From the human T2T-CHM13v2.0 reference genome, Homo sapiens: a stretch of 64,000 nucleotides of DNA. The notes below the pieces were generated by a model. It saw only the letters and a list, made by a program, of their open reading frames with translations. It did no database searches and had not been told where the DNA came from. Shown here one piece after another: positions 44,401 through 58,790 of this stretch; position 1 is the first letter of the stretch; each line of letters starts with the position of its first letter. The stretch lies in NCBI RefSeq assembly GCF_009914755.1, contig NC_060933.1. One strand, given 5' to 3'. A program made the translations under genes and the position numbers.

Positions 44401-47400
44401 AAGAGAGTTTCTAAATTGCGCTATGAAGAGGTATTTTCAACTCTGTGAGTTGAATGCATACATCACAAAGAAGTTTCTGAGAAAGCTACAGTCTAGTCTT
44501 TATGTGATGATATTACCTTTTCCACGATAGGAATCAAAGTGCTGCAAATGTCCACTTGCAGATTCTACAAAAAGAGTGTTTCAAACCTGCTCTATATAAA
44601 GAAAGTTTCAACTCTGTGAGTTGAACGCACACATTACAAAGAAGTTTCTGAGAATGCTTCTGTCTAGTTTTTATGTGAAGATATTTCCGTTTCCCACGTA
44701 AGCCTCAAAGCATTCCAAATATCCACTTGCAGATTCTACGAAAAGAGTGTTTCAAAACTGCTCTATGAAAAGATATGTTCAACTCTGTGAATTGAATGCA
44801 AACATCACAAAGATGTTTTGGAGAGTTCTTCTGTCTAGTTTTTATATGAAGATATTTCCTTTTCCACCACAGGCTTCAAATCTCTCCAAATGTCCACTTG
44901 CAGAATCTACAAAAAGAGTGTTTCAAACCTGCTCTGTCAAAAGAAAAGATCAACTCTGTGAGTTGAATGCACACATCAATAAGAAATTTCTGAGAATGCT
45001 TCTGTCTAGTGTTTATGTGAAGATATTCCTGTTTCCAACGAAGACCTCAAAGCGGTCCAAATATCCACTTGCAGATTCCACTAAAAGAGAGTTTCAAAAC
45101 TGCTCCATGATAAGGTACGTTCAAATTTGCGAGTTGAATGCACACATCCGAAAGAAGTTTCTGAGAATGCTTCTGTCTAGTGTTTATGTCAAGATATTAC
45201 AGTTTCCAAAGAAGGTCTCAAAGCCGTCCAAATATCCACATGCAGATTCTTCAAAAAGAGTGTTTCAAAACTGCTCTATCAAAAGAAAGGTTCAACTCAC
45301 CGAGTTGAATGCACACAGTATGAAGAAGTTTCTGAGAATGCTTCTGTCTAGTGTTTATGTGAAGATATACCCCTTTCCAAAGAAGGCCTTAAAGTGGTCC
45401 AAATATCCACTTGCAGATTCTACAAAAGAGTGTTTCAAAACTGCTCTATAATAAAGCATGTTCAACTCTGTGAATTGAATGCATCCATCAAAAACAAGAT
45501 TCTGAGAATGATTCTGTCTATTTTTTATGTGAAGATATTTCCTTTTCCACCATAGGCCTCAAAGCGCACCAAAAGTCCACTTTTATATTCCACAAAAACA
45601 GTGTTTAACACCTTCTCCATCAAAAGAAAGTTTCAACTCTGTGAGTTGAATGCACACATCACAAAGAAGTTTCTGAAATGCTTCTGTCTAGTTTTTATGT
45701 GAAGATATTCCCGTTTCTAACGAAGGCCTCAAAGCGGTCCAAATATCCACTTGCAGAATCTACGAAAAGTGTGTTTAAAAAATGCTCTATGAAAAGGAAG
45801 GTACACCACTGTGAGTTGAATGCACACATCTCAAAGACGTTTCTGAGAATGCTTCTGTCTAGTTTTTATGTGATGACATTTCCTTTCCCACCGTAGGCCT
45901 CAAATTTCTTCAAACGTCCACTTCCAGATTCTACAAAATGAGTGTTTCAAACGTGCTTTATCTAAAGGAAGGTTGAACTCTGTGAGTTGAATGCACACAT
46001 CACAAATTAGTTTCTGAGAATGCTTCTGTCTAGTGTTTAAGTGAAAATACTCTCGTTTCCAACGAAGGCCTCAAAGCGATCCAAATATCCACATGCAGAT
46101 TCCATGAAAAAAGTGTTTCAAACCTGCTCTATCAAAAGAAAGGTTCTACTCTCTGAGCTGAATGCACACAGCACAAAGAAGTTTCTGAGAAAGCTTCTGT
46201 CTAGTGATTATGTGAAGATATTCCCGTTTCCAATGAAGGCCTCAAAGTGGTCCAAATATCCACTTGCAGATTCCACAAAAAGAGTGTTTCAAACCTGCTC
46301 TATCAAAAGCAAGGTTCAATTCTGTGAGTTGAAAGCACACATCACCAAGAAGTTTCTGAGAATGCTTCTCTGTAGCTTTTATGTGAAGATATTTCCTTTT
46401 TGACCATAGGCCTCAAAGCTCTCCAAATATCCAATTGCAGATTTTACAAAAAGAGTTTGTCAAAACTGCTCCATCAAAAGCAACGTTCAACTCTGTGAGT
46501 TGAATGCACACATCACAAAGAACTTTCTGAGAATGCTTCTGTCTAGTGTTTATGTGAAGATATTCCCGTTTCCAATGTTGGTCTCAAAACACTCCAAATA
46601 TCCTCTTGCAAATTCTAGTAAAAGAGTCTTTCAAAACTGTTCTATGATAAGGTATGTTCAACTCTGTGAGTTGAATGCAAAGATCACGAACAAGTCTCTG
46701 AGAATGCTTCTGTCTAGTTTTTATTTGATGATATTTCCTTTTCCACGGTAGGCCACAAAGCTTTCCAAATATCCACTTGCAAATTCTACAAAAAGAGTGT
46801 CTCAAACCTGGTCTATCAAAAGAAAGGTTCAACTCTGTGAGTTGAATGCACACATCACAAAGAAGTTCCTGAGAATGCTTCTGTCTAGTTTTTATGTGAA
46901 GATATTCCCGTTTCCAATGAAGGCCTCAAAGGGGTCCAAATATCCACTTGCTGATTCTACTCAAAGAGTGTTTCAAAACTGCTCTATGATAACGTGTGTT
47001 CAACTCTGTAAGGCAAACGCAAACATCACAAAGAAGTTTCTGAGAATCCTTCTATTTTTTATTGGAAGATATTTCCTTTTCCACCATAGGCCTCAAATCT
47101 CTCCAAATGTCCACTTGCAGGTTCTACAAAAAGAGTGTTTCAAACCTGCTCTATCAAAAGAAAAGTTCAACTCTGTGAGTTGAATGCACACATCACAAAG
47201 AAGTTTCTCAGAATGCTTCTGTCTAGTGTTTATGTGAAGATACTCCCATTTTCAAAGAAGGCCTCAATGCAGTCCAAATATCCACTTGCAGATTCCACTA
47301 AAAGAGGGTTTCAGAACTACTCTATGATAAGGTATGTTCAACTCTGTGACTTGAATGCACACATCACAAAGAAGTTTCTGAGAATGCTTCTGTCTAATGT

Positions 47401-47830
47401 TTATGTGAAGTTATACCAGTTTCCAATGAAGTCCTCAAAGCAGTCCAAATATCCACTTGCAGATACTATGAAAAGAGTGTTTCAAAACTGGTCTATGAAA
47501 ATGAAAGTTCAACTCTGTGAGTTTAATGCAAACTTCATAAAGAAGTTTCTGAGTATGCTTCTGTCTAGTTTTGATGTGAAGATATTTCCTTTCCCACCAT
47601 AGTCCTCAAAGCTCTCCAAATGTCCACTTGCAGATTCTACAAAATGAGTGTTTCAAACGTGCTCTATCTAATAAACGTTCAACTCTGTGAGTTGAATGCA
47701 CACATCACAAAGAAGTTTCTGAGAATGCTTCTGTCGAGTGTTTATGTGAAGATGTTCCCATTTCCAACGAAGGCCTCAAAGCGGTACAAATATCCACTTC
47801 CATATTCTACAAAAAGAGTGTTTCAAAACT
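35491..47830. repeat. Alpha satellite, second irregular A/B domain (SF5-like variant)
   Basis: Diagnostics switch to ttttccaccatag, aaggcctcaaagcggtcc, ctagtgtttatg/ctagtgattatg and ataaggtatgttc; CENP-B cores are present (e.g. 36842, 38721, 42469). Confidence 0.85.
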
Positions 47831-50540
47831 GCTCAATCATGAGATAAACTCATCCCTGTGAGATGAATTCACACGTCACGAAGTAGTTTCTCAGAATGCT
47901 TCTGTGTAATTTTCATGTGAGGATATTTGCTTTTCCACAGTAGGCCTCAAAGGGCTCCAAATATCCACCTGCAGATTCTGCAAAAAGAGAGATTCAAAAC
48001 TGCTCAATCAAAAGATACTTTCGACTCTGTGAGTTGAATGCACACATCACAAAGAAGTGTGTCTGAATGCTTCTGTGTAGTTTTTATTTCAAGATATTTC
48101 CTTTTCCACTGCAGGGCTGAAAGGGCTCCAAATATCCACTTGCAGATTCTACAAAAAGAGAGATTCAAAACTGCTCAATGAGAAGATAAGATCAACTCTG
48201 TGAGTTGAATGCACACCTCACAAAGAAGTTTCTCAGAATGATTCTGTGTAGTTTTTATGTGAAGATATTTCCTTTTCCACAATAGTCCTCAAAGCTCTCC
48301 AAACATCCACTTACAGATCCTGAAAAAAGAGAGATTCAAAACTGCTCCATCGAAAGATAGGTTCAACTCTGTGAGTTGAATGCACACATCACAAAGAAGT
48401 TTCTCAGAATGCTTCTGTTTAGTTTTTATGTGAACATATTTGATTTTCCACAGTAGGCCTCACGACGCTCCAAACATCCACTTGCAGATTGTGCAAAAAG
48501 AGAGATTCAAAACTGTTCAATCAAAAGATAGGTTCAACTCTGTGAGTTGAATGCATACATCATGAAGAAGTTTCTGAGAATGCTTCTGTATAGTTTTTAT
48601 TTGAAGTTATTTCCTTTTCCACAGAAGGCCTCGATGGTCTCCAAATATCCACCTGCAGATTCTGCATAAAGAGAGATTCAAAACTGCTCAAACAAAAGAT
48701 AAGTTCACCTCTGTGAGTTGAATGCACACATCACAAAGCAGTTTCTCTGAATGCTTCTATGTAGTTTTTATTTGAAGATATTTCCTTTTCCACCATAGGG
48801 CACAAAGGACTCCTAATATCCACTTGCAGATTCTACAAAAAGAGAGATTCAAAACTGCTCAATCAAAAGATAGGTTCAACTCTCTGAGTTGAATGCACAC
48901 ATCACAAAGAAGTTTCTCAGAATCTTTCTGTATAGTTTTTATGTGAACATATTTGATTTTCCACAGCAGGCCTCAAAAGGCTCCAAATATCCACCTGCAG
49001 ATTCTTCAAAAAGAGGTATTCAAAACTGCTCAATCAAAAGATAGGTTCAACTCTGTGAGTTGAATGCATACATCAGAAAGAAGTTTCTCTGGATGGTTCT
49101 GTGTAGTTCTATTTGAAGATAATTCCTTTTCCATGATAGGGCACAAAGGGCTCTAAATATCCACTTGCAGAATCTACAAAAACAGAGATTCAAAACTGCT
49201 CATTGAGAAGATAAGTTCAACTCAGTGAGTTGACTGTACACATCACGAAGAAGTTTCTTAGAATGCTTCTGTGTAGTTTTTATTGAAGATATTTCCTTTT
49301 CCACCATAGGGCGCAAAGGGCTCCAAATATCCACTTGTAGATTATAGAAAAAGAGAGACTCTAAACTGCTCAATCAAAAGATAGGTTCAACTTTGTGAGT
49401 TGAATGCCCACATCACAAAGAAGTTTCTCAGAATGCTTCTGAGTAGTTTTTATGTGAAGATGTTTCCTTTTCCACAATAGGCGGCAAAGTTCTCCAAATA
49501 TCCACTTGCAGATTCTACAAAAACGGTGTTTCAAAACTGCGCAATGAAAAGAAAGGTTGAACTCAGTGAGATGAATGCACACATCACAAAGAAGTTTCTC
49601 AGAATGCTTCTGTGTAGTTCTTATTTGAAGATATTTAGTTTTCCACTGTAGGCCTCAAAGCGCTCCAAATATCCACTTGAAGATCCTACAAAAAGAGTAT
49701 TTCAAAACTGCTCAATCATAAGCTAGGTTCAACCCTGTGAGATGAATGCACACATCACAAAGCAGTTTCTCTGAGTGATTCTGTGTAGTTTTTATTTGAA
49801 GATATTTCCTTTTCCACCATAGGGCGCAAAGGGCTCCAAATATCCACTTGGAGATTCTACCAAAAGATAAATTCAAAACTGCTCAATGAGAAGATAAGTT
49901 CAACTCTGTGAGTTGAATGCACACCTCACAAAGTAGTTTCTCACAATGCTTCTGCATAGTTTTTATGTGAAGATATTTGCTTTTCCACTGTAGGCCTCAA
50001 AGGGCTCGAAATATCCACCTTCAGATTGTGCATAAAGAGAGATTCAAAACTGCTCAATCAAAAGATAGGTTCAACTCTGTGAGTTGAATGCACATATCAC
50101 AAAGAAGTTTCTCTGAATGCTTCTGTGTAGTTTTTATTTCAAGATATTTCCTTTTCCACCATAGGGTGCAAAGATCTTCAAATATCCACTTGCAGATTCT
50201 ACAAAAAGAGAGATTGGAAACTCCTCAAAGAGAAGATAATTTCAACTCTGTGAGTTGAATGCACACCTCACAAAGTAGTTTCTCAGAATGCTTCTGTGTA
50301 GTTTTTATGTGAAGATATTTCCTTTTCCACAATAGGCCTCAAAGCTTTCCAAACATACACTTGTAGTTTCTGCAGAAAGAGAGATTCAAAACTGCTCAAT
50401 CAAAACATAGTTTCAACTCTGTGAGTTGAATGCAAACATCACAATGGTGTTTCTCAGAATGCTTCTGAGTAGTTTTTATGTGAAGATATTTCCTTTTCCA
50501 CAGTAGGCCTCAAAGGGCTCCAAATATCCAATTGCAGATT
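47831..50540. repeat. Alpha satellite, A-type-only sub-domain with private diagnostics
   Basis: agagagattcaaaactgctcaatcaaaagataggttc, ctgtgtagtttttatttgaag, gggcgcaaagggctcc and atgagaagataag; no CENP-B boxes. Confidence 0.85.
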
Positions 50541-53500
50541 TCACGAAGAGAGTGTTTCAAAACTGCTCAATCAAAAGAAAGTTTCAACTCTGTGAGATGA
50601 ATGCACACATCACAAAGGAGTTTCTCAGATTGCTTCCTTCTAGATTTTATGTGAAGATATTTCCTTTTCTATCATAGGCCGCAAAGCGCTCCAAATGTCC
50701 ACTTGCCGATTCTACAAAAAGGGTGTTCCCAAACTACGCAATCAAAAGAAAGGTTCAACTCTGTTAGATGAACGTACACATCATAAAAAAGATTCTCAGA
50801 ATTCTTCTGTTTTTTTTGTGAACATATTTCCTTTTCCAACTTAAGCCTCAAGGTGCTTGAAATGTCCCCTTGCAGATTCTCCAAAAAGAGTATTTGAAAA
50901 CTGGTTCTCCTAAAGAAAGTTGGAACTCCAGGAGATGAGTGCAGACATCACAGAGAACTTTCTCAGAATGCTTCTATCTACTTTTTATGTGAAGATATTT
51001 CCTTCTCCACCACAGGCCTCAAAGCGCTGCCAAATGTCCACTTGCAGGTTCTACAAAAAGAGAGTTTCCAATCTGCTCAATCAAAAGAAAGGTTTAACTC
51101 TGTGAGATTAATGCACGCATCACAAAGAAGTTTCTCAGATTGCTTCTGTCTAGATTTTATGTGAAGATATTTCCTTTTCTACCATTGGCCGCAAAGAGTT
51201 CCAAATGTCCACTTGCAGATTCTACAAAAAAAAAGTGTTTCCAAACTACTCAATCAAAAGAAATGTTCAACTCTGTGAGATGAACACACTCATCACAAAG
51301 AAGTTTCTCAGAATTCTTCTGTCTAATTTTTATGTGAAGATATTTCCTGTTCCATCATAGGCCTCAAGACGCTCTAAATGTCGGCTTGCAGATTCTACAA
51401 AAAGAGAGTTTCAAAACTGCTCAATCAAAAGAAAGGGTTATCTCTGTGAGATGAATGCATATATCACAAACAAGTTTCTCATATTGCTTCTGTGTAGATT
51501 TTATGTGAAGATATTTACTTTTCTACCATAGACCGCAAAGCTCTCCAAATGCCCACCTGCAGACTCTACAAGAAAGAGTGGTACCAAACTGCTCAATCAA
51601 AAGAACGGTTCCACTCTGTGAGAAGAACGCACACATCACAAAGAAGTTTGTCAGAATTCTTCTTTCTAGTTTTTATGTGAAGATATTTCCTTTTCCACCA
51701 TAGGCCTCAAAGCGTTCCAAATGTCCACTTGCAGATTCTACAAAAAGAGAGTTTCAAAACTGCTGAATCAAAAGAAAGTTTAAACTCTGTGAGATGAATG
51801 CACCCATCACTAAGAAGTTTCTCCGATTGCTTCTCTCTAGATTTTATGTGAAGGTGTTACTTTTTCTACCATAGGTCGCAAAGCGCTTCAAATGTCCATT
51901 TGCAGATTCTACAAAAAAGAGTGTTTCCAAACTGCTCAATCAAAAGAAAGGTTCAAGTCTGTGAGATGAACGCACACATTCCCAAGAAGTTTGTCAGAAT
52001 TCTTCTGTCTAGTTTTTATGTGAAGATATTACCTTTTCCACCACAGGCCTCAAAGCGCTCCAAATGTCCACTTGCAGATTCTATGAAAAGAGAGTTTCAA
52101 AACCGCTCAATCAAAAGAAAGGTTTAACTCTGTGAGATGAATGCACACATCACAAAGAAGTTTCTCAGATTGTTTCTGTCTAGGTTTTATGTGAAGATAT
52201 TTCTGTTTCAACCATAGGCCGCAAAGCATTGCAAATGTCCACTTGCAGATTCTACAAAAAGAGTGTTTCCAAACTGCTCAATCAAAAGAAAATTTCAGCT
52301 TTGTGAGATGAACGCACACATCGCAAAGAAGATTATCAGAATTCTTCTGTCTAGTTTTTATGTGAAGATATTTCCTTTTCCACCATAGGCCTCTAAGCGC
52401 TCCAAATGTCCACTTCGAGATTCTACAAAAAGAGTGTTTCCAAACTGCTCAATCAAAAAAAAGGTTTAACTCTGTGAGATAAATGCACACATCACAAAGA
52501 AGTTTCTCAGATGGCTTCTGTCTAGATTTTATGTGAGGATATTTCCTTTTCTACCATATGCCACAAAGTTCTCCAAATGTCCACTTGCATATTCTACAGA
52601 AAGAGTGTTTCCAAACGGTTCAATCAAAAGATAGGTTCAAATCTGTGAGATGAATGCACACGTCCCAAAGAAGTTTCTCAGAATTCTTCTGTCTAGTTTT
52701 TATGTGCAGATATTTCCTTTTCCACTGTTGGCCTCAAAGAGCTCCAAATATCCACTTGCGGATTCTACAAAAAGAGAGCTTCAAGACTGCTCAATCAAAA
52801 GAAAAGTTTAACTCCATGAGATGAATGCACACATCACAAAGAAGTTTCTCAGATTGCTTCAGTCTAGACTTTATGTGAAGATATTTCCTTTTCTACTACA
52901 GGCCACAAAGCGCTCCGAATGTGCACTTGCAGATTCTACAAAAGAGTGTTTCCAACCTGCTGTATCAAAATAAAGTTTCAACTGTGGGAGATGAAAGCTC
53001 GCATCACAAAGAAGTTTTTCAGAATTCTTCTGTCTAGTTTTTATGTGAAGAGATTTCCTTTTCTACCACAGGCCTAAAAGGGCTCCAAATGTCCACTTGC
53101 AGATACTACAAAAAGAGAGTTTCAAAACTGCTCAATAAAAAGAAAGGTTTAACTCTGTGAGATGAATGAACACATCACAAAGAAGTTTGTCAGATTGCTT
53201 CTGTCTAGATTTTATGTGAAGATATTTCCTTTTCTACCATAGGCCGCAAAGCGCTAAAATTGTCCACATGTAGATTCTGCAAAAAGAGTGTTTCCAAACA
53301 GCCCAATGAAAAGAAACTTTCAACTCTGTGTGATGAACGCACGCATCACAAAGTGATTTCACAGTATTCTTCTGTCTAGTTTTTATGTGAAGATATTTCC
53401 TTTTCCACCACAGTTCTCAAAGAGCTTCAAATGTCGACTTGCAGATTGTTGAAAAAGTGTTTCCAAACTGCTCGATCAAAAAAAGTTTAACTCTGTAAGA

Positions 53501-56500
53501 TGAACGCACACGTCACATAGATGTTTCTCAGTTTTCTTCTGTCTAGTTTTTATGTGAATGTATTTCATTTTCCACAGTAGGCCTCAAGGGGCTTGAAATG
53601 TCCACTTGCAGATTCCACAAAAAGAGTAATAAATAACTGGCCCATCAAAAGAAAGATTCAAATCTGGGAGATGAACGCACATATCACAAAGTAGTTTCTC
53701 ATATTGATTCTATCTAGTTTTTATGTGAATATATTTCCTTTTCCACCGTAGGTCTCAAACCGCTCCAAACGTTCACTTGCAGAATCTACAAAAAGAGAGT
53801 TTCAAAACTGCTCAATCAAAAGAAAGGTTTAACTTTGTGAGATGAGCGCGCACATCACAAAGAAGTTTCCCAGATTGCTTCTGTGTAGATTTTACGTCAA
53901 GATATTTCCTTTTCTACCATTGGCTCCAAAGTGCTACAAATGTCCACTTGCAGATTCTACAAAAACAGTGTTTTCAAACGGCTCAATAAAAAGAAAAGTT
54001 CAACTCTGTGAGATGAACGCACACATCACAAAGAAGTTTCTCAGAATTCTTCTGTCTAGTTCTTATGTGAAGATATTTCCTTTTCCACTATTGAACTCAA
54101 AGCACTGCAAATGTCCACTTGCAGATCCTACAAAAAGAGAGTTTCCAAACTGCTCAATCAAAAGAAAATTTTAACTCTGTGAGATGAATGCACACAACAC
54201 ACAGAAGTTTCTGAGATTGCTTCTGTCTAGATTTTATGTGAAGATATTTCCTGTTCTTCCATAGGCCACAAAGCCCTCCAAATGTCCACTTGCAGGTTCG
54301 ACAAAAAGAGTGGTTGCAAACTGCTTAATCAAAAGAAAGGTTCAACTCTGTGAGATTAATGCACGCATCACAAAGAAGTTTCTCAGAATTCTTCTGTCTG
54401 GTTTTTATGGGAAGATATTTCCTTTTCCACCATTGGACTCAAAGGGCTCCAAAAGTCCACTTGCAGATTTTACAAAAACAGAGTTTCAATACTCCTCAAT
54501 CAAAAGAAAGTTTTAACTCTCTGGGATGAATGCACATATCACAAAGATGCTTCTCAGATTGCTTCTGTCAAGATTTTATATGAAGATATTTCCTTTTCTA
54601 CCATAGGGCACAAAGCACTCCAAATGTCCAGTTGCAGATTCTACAAAAAGAGAGTTTCAAAACTGCTAAATCAAAAGAAACTTTTAATTCTGTGGGATGA
54701 ATGCACACATCACAAAGAAGTTTCTCAGATTGCTTCTGTCTAGACTTTATGTGAAGATATTTCCTTTTCTACCATTGGCCGCAAAGCTCTCCAAATGTCC
54801 ACTTGCAGATTCTACAAAAAGAGTGTTTCCAAACTGCTCAATCTAAGGAAAGTTTCAACTCTGTGAGATGAACGCAGACATCTCAAAGAAGTTTCTCAGA
54901 ATTCTTCTGTCTAGTTTTTATATGAAGATATTAACTTTTCCACCACATGCATCAAATCGCTCCAAATGTCCACTTGCAGATTCTACAAAAAGAGAGTTTC
55001 AAATCTGCTCTATCAAAAGAAAGCTTTACCTCTTTGAGATGAATGCACACATCACAAAGAAGTTTCACAGATTGCTTCTGTCTACAATTTATGTGAAGAT
55101 ATTTCCTGTTGTAACATAGGCCTCAGAGCGCTCCAAATGTCCACTTGCAGATTCTACCAAAAGAGTGTTTCCAAACTGCTCATTCAAAGAAATGTTCAAC
55201 TTTCTAGATGAATGCGCACATCATAAAGAACTTTCTCAGAATTCTTCTTTCTAGTTTTTATGGAAGATATTTCCTTTCGTACCGTAGACCCGAAGGCACT
55301 CAAAATGTCCACTTGCAGATTCTACAAAAAGAGTATTTCAAAACTGGTCCTTCAAAGGAATGTTCAAATCTGGGGGTTGAATGCACACATCACAAAGTAG
55401 TTTCTCAGAATGCTTCTATGTACTTTTTATGTGAAGATATTTCATTTTTCACCATAGGCCTGAACGCCCTTCAAATGTCCATTTAGAGATTATACAAAAA
55501 GGGAGTTTTAAAACTGCTCTATCAAAAGAAAGGTTTCAATCCGTTAGATGAATGCACACATCACAAAGATGTTTCTAAAAATGCTTCTATTTATTTTTTA
55601 TGTGAAGATATTTCCTTTTCCACCGTAGGCCTCAAAGCGCTCCAAATGTCCACTTGCAGATTCCACAAAAAGAGAGTTTCAAGACTGCTCAATCAAAAGA
55701 AACGTTTAACTCTGTGAGATGAATGCACACATCATAAAGAAGGTTTTCAGATTACTTCTGTCTACATCTTATGTGAAGATATTTCCTTTTCCACCATAGG
55801 CTGCAAACAGCTCCAAAGGTCCACTTGCAGATTCTTCAAAAAGAGTGTTTCCAAACTGCTCCATCAAAAGAAATGTTCAACTTCGTGAGCTGAATGCACA
55901 CATCCAAAGAAGTTTGTCATAATTCTTCTGTCTAGTTTGTATTTGAAGATAATTCCTTTTCCACCATAGGCCTCAAAGCCTTCAAAATGTCCACTTGCAG
56001 ATTCTACAAAAAGAGAGTTTCCAAAGTGCTCAGTCAAAAGAAAGGTTTACTCTGTGAGATGAATGCACACACCACAAAGAAGTTTGTCAGATTGCTTTTA
56101 TCTAGATTTTATGTGAAGATATTTTCTTTTCTACCATAGGCCACAAAGCGCTCCAAATGTCCAGTTGCAAATTCTACAAAAAGAGTCTTTCCAAACTGCT
56201 CAATCAAAAGTAAAGTTCAACCCTGTCATATGAACACACACATCACAAAGTAGTTTCTCAGAATTCTGCTGTCTAGTTTTTATGTGAAGATATTTCCTTT
56301 TCCATCATAGGCCTCATGGCGCTCCAAATGTCCACTTGCAGATTTTACAAAAAGGGAGTTTCAAGACAGCTCCATCAAAAGAAAGTTTTAACTCTGTGAG
56401 ATGCATGCACACATCACAAAGAAGTTTTTCAGATTGCTTCTGTCTAGATTTTATTTTAATATATATCCTTTTCTAACGTAGGCGACAAAGTGCTCCAAAT

Positions 56501-58790
56501 GTCCACTTGCAGATTCTACAAAAAGAGTGATTCCAAACTGCTTAATCAAAAGAAAGTTTCAACTCTGTGAGATGAATGCACACATCACAAAGAAGTTTCT
56601 CAGAATTATTCTGTGTAGTTTTTATCTGAAGATGTTTCCTTTTACACCATAGGCCTCAAAGCGCTCCAAATGTACACTGGCAGATTCTACAAAAAGAGAG
56701 TTTCAAAACTGCTTAATCAAAATAAATGTTTAACTCTGTGAGATGAATGCACACATCATAAAGAAGTTTGTCAGACTGCTTTTATCTAGATTTTCTGTGA
56801 AGATATTTCCTTTTCTACCAGAGGTCGCAAAGCGCTCCAAATGACCGCTTGCAGATTCTACAAAAAGAGTGCTTCCAAACTGCTCAATCTAAAGAAAGGT
56901 TCAACTCTGTGAGATGTAAGCACACATCACAAAGAAGTTTCTCAGAATTTTTCTGTCTAGTTTCTATGTGAAAATATTTACTTTTCCACCATAGGCCTCA
57001 AAGCGCTCCAAATGTCCACTTGCAGATTTTACAATAAGAGAGTTTCAAGACAGCTCAATCAAAAGAAAGTTTTAACTCTGTGAGATGAATGCACACATCA
57101 CAAAGAAGTTTCTCAGATTCATATTATCTAGATTTTATGGTAATATATTTCCTTTTCTAACATAGGCTGCAAAGCGCTCCAAATGTCCACTTGCAGATTC
57201 CACAAAAAGAGTGTTTCCAAACTGCTCAATCAAAAGAAAGGTTCAACTCTGTGAGATAAACGCATGCATCACAAAGAAGCTTCTCCGAATTCTTCTGTGT
57301 AGTTTTGATGTCAAAATATTTCCTTTTCCTCCACAGGCCTCAAAGCGCTCCAAATGTTAACTTGCAGATTCTACAAAAAGAGAGATTCAAAACTGCTCAA
57401 TCAAAACAAAGGCTTAACTCTGTGAGATCAGTGCACACATCACAAAGAAGTTTCTAAGAGTGCTTCTGTCTAGTTTCTATGTGAAGATATTTCCTTTTCC
57501 ACCATAAGCCTCAAAGCACTCCAAATGTCCACTTCCACATTCAACAAAAAGAGAGTTTCAAAACTGCTCAATCAAAAGTAAGAGTTAACCCTGTGAGATG
57601 AATGCACACATCCCAAGGAAGTTTCTCACATTGCTTCTGTCTAGATTTTATGTGAGGATATTTCCTTTTCTAACTTAGGCTGCAAAGCGCTTCAAATGCC
57701 CACTTACAGAATCTACAAAAAGAGTGCTTCCATAATTCTTAATCAAAAGAAAGGTTCAACTCTGTGAGATGAACGCACACATCACAAAGAAGTTTCTCAG
57801 AATTCTTGTCTCTAGTTTTTATGTGAAGATATTTCCTTTTCCACCATAGGCCTAAAAGCACTCCAAATGTTCACTTGCAGATTCTACAAAAAAAGAGTTT
57901 CAAAACTGCTCAATCAAAAGAATGCTTTAACTCTGTGAGATGAATGCACACATCACAAAGAGGTTTCTCACATTGGTTCTGTCTAGATTTTATGTGAAGA
58001 TATTTCCTTTTATAACAGAGGCAACAAAGCACTCCAATAGTCCACTTGCAGATTCTACAAAAAGAGTGTCTGCAAACTGCTCAATCAAAAGGAAGTTTTA
58101 ACTCTGTGAGAAGAACGTGCACATCACAAAGAAGTTTCTCAAAATTCTTCTGTCTAGTTTTTATGTGAAGATATTTCCTTTCCCACTGTAAGCCTCAAAG
58201 CACTCAAAATGTCCATTTGCAGATTCTACAAAAAGAGAGCTTCAAAACTACTCAACCAAAAGAAAGGTTTAACTCTCTGAGATGAATGCACACATCACAA
58301 AGAAGTTTCTGAGATTGCTTCTGTCTAGATTTTATGTGAAGATATTTCCTTTTCTACCATAGGCAACAAAGCACTCCAATAGTCCACTTGCAGATTCTAC
58401 AAAAAGAATGTTTCTAAACTGCTCAATCAAAAGGAAGGTTCAAATTTGTGAGATAAACGCATACATCACAAAGGAGATTCTCAGAATTCTTCTGTCAAGT
58501 TTTTATGTGAAGATATTTCCTTTTCCACCATAGGCCTCAAAATGATCCAAATGTCCACTTGCAAATTCTACAAAAACAGAGTTTCAAAACTGCTCAGTCA
58601 AAAGAAAGTTTGAACTCTGTGAGATGAATGCACACATGCCAAAGAAGTTTCTCAGATTCCTTCTGTCTAGATTTTTTTGAAGATATTACCTTTTCTACCA
58701 TAGTCCTCATAGCGCTGCAAATGTCCACTTGCAGAATCTCCAAAAAGAGTGTTTCCAAACTGCTGAATCAAAATAAACTTTCAACTATTT
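50541..58790. repeat. Alpha satellite, A-type-only diverged dimer (SF4/M1-like)
   Basis: Alternating cagattgcttctgtctagattt..ttctaccataggccgc..gtgtttccaa and cagaattcttctgtctagttt..ttccaccataggcctc..gagtttcaa monomers; no CENP-B boxes. Confidence 0.88.

Noticed and set aside
13608-47830. Active centromeric HOR array
   Set aside because: Neighbouring units are highly diverged, box spacing is irregular and no unit repeats at near identity. CENP-B boxes alone do not make a live centromere.
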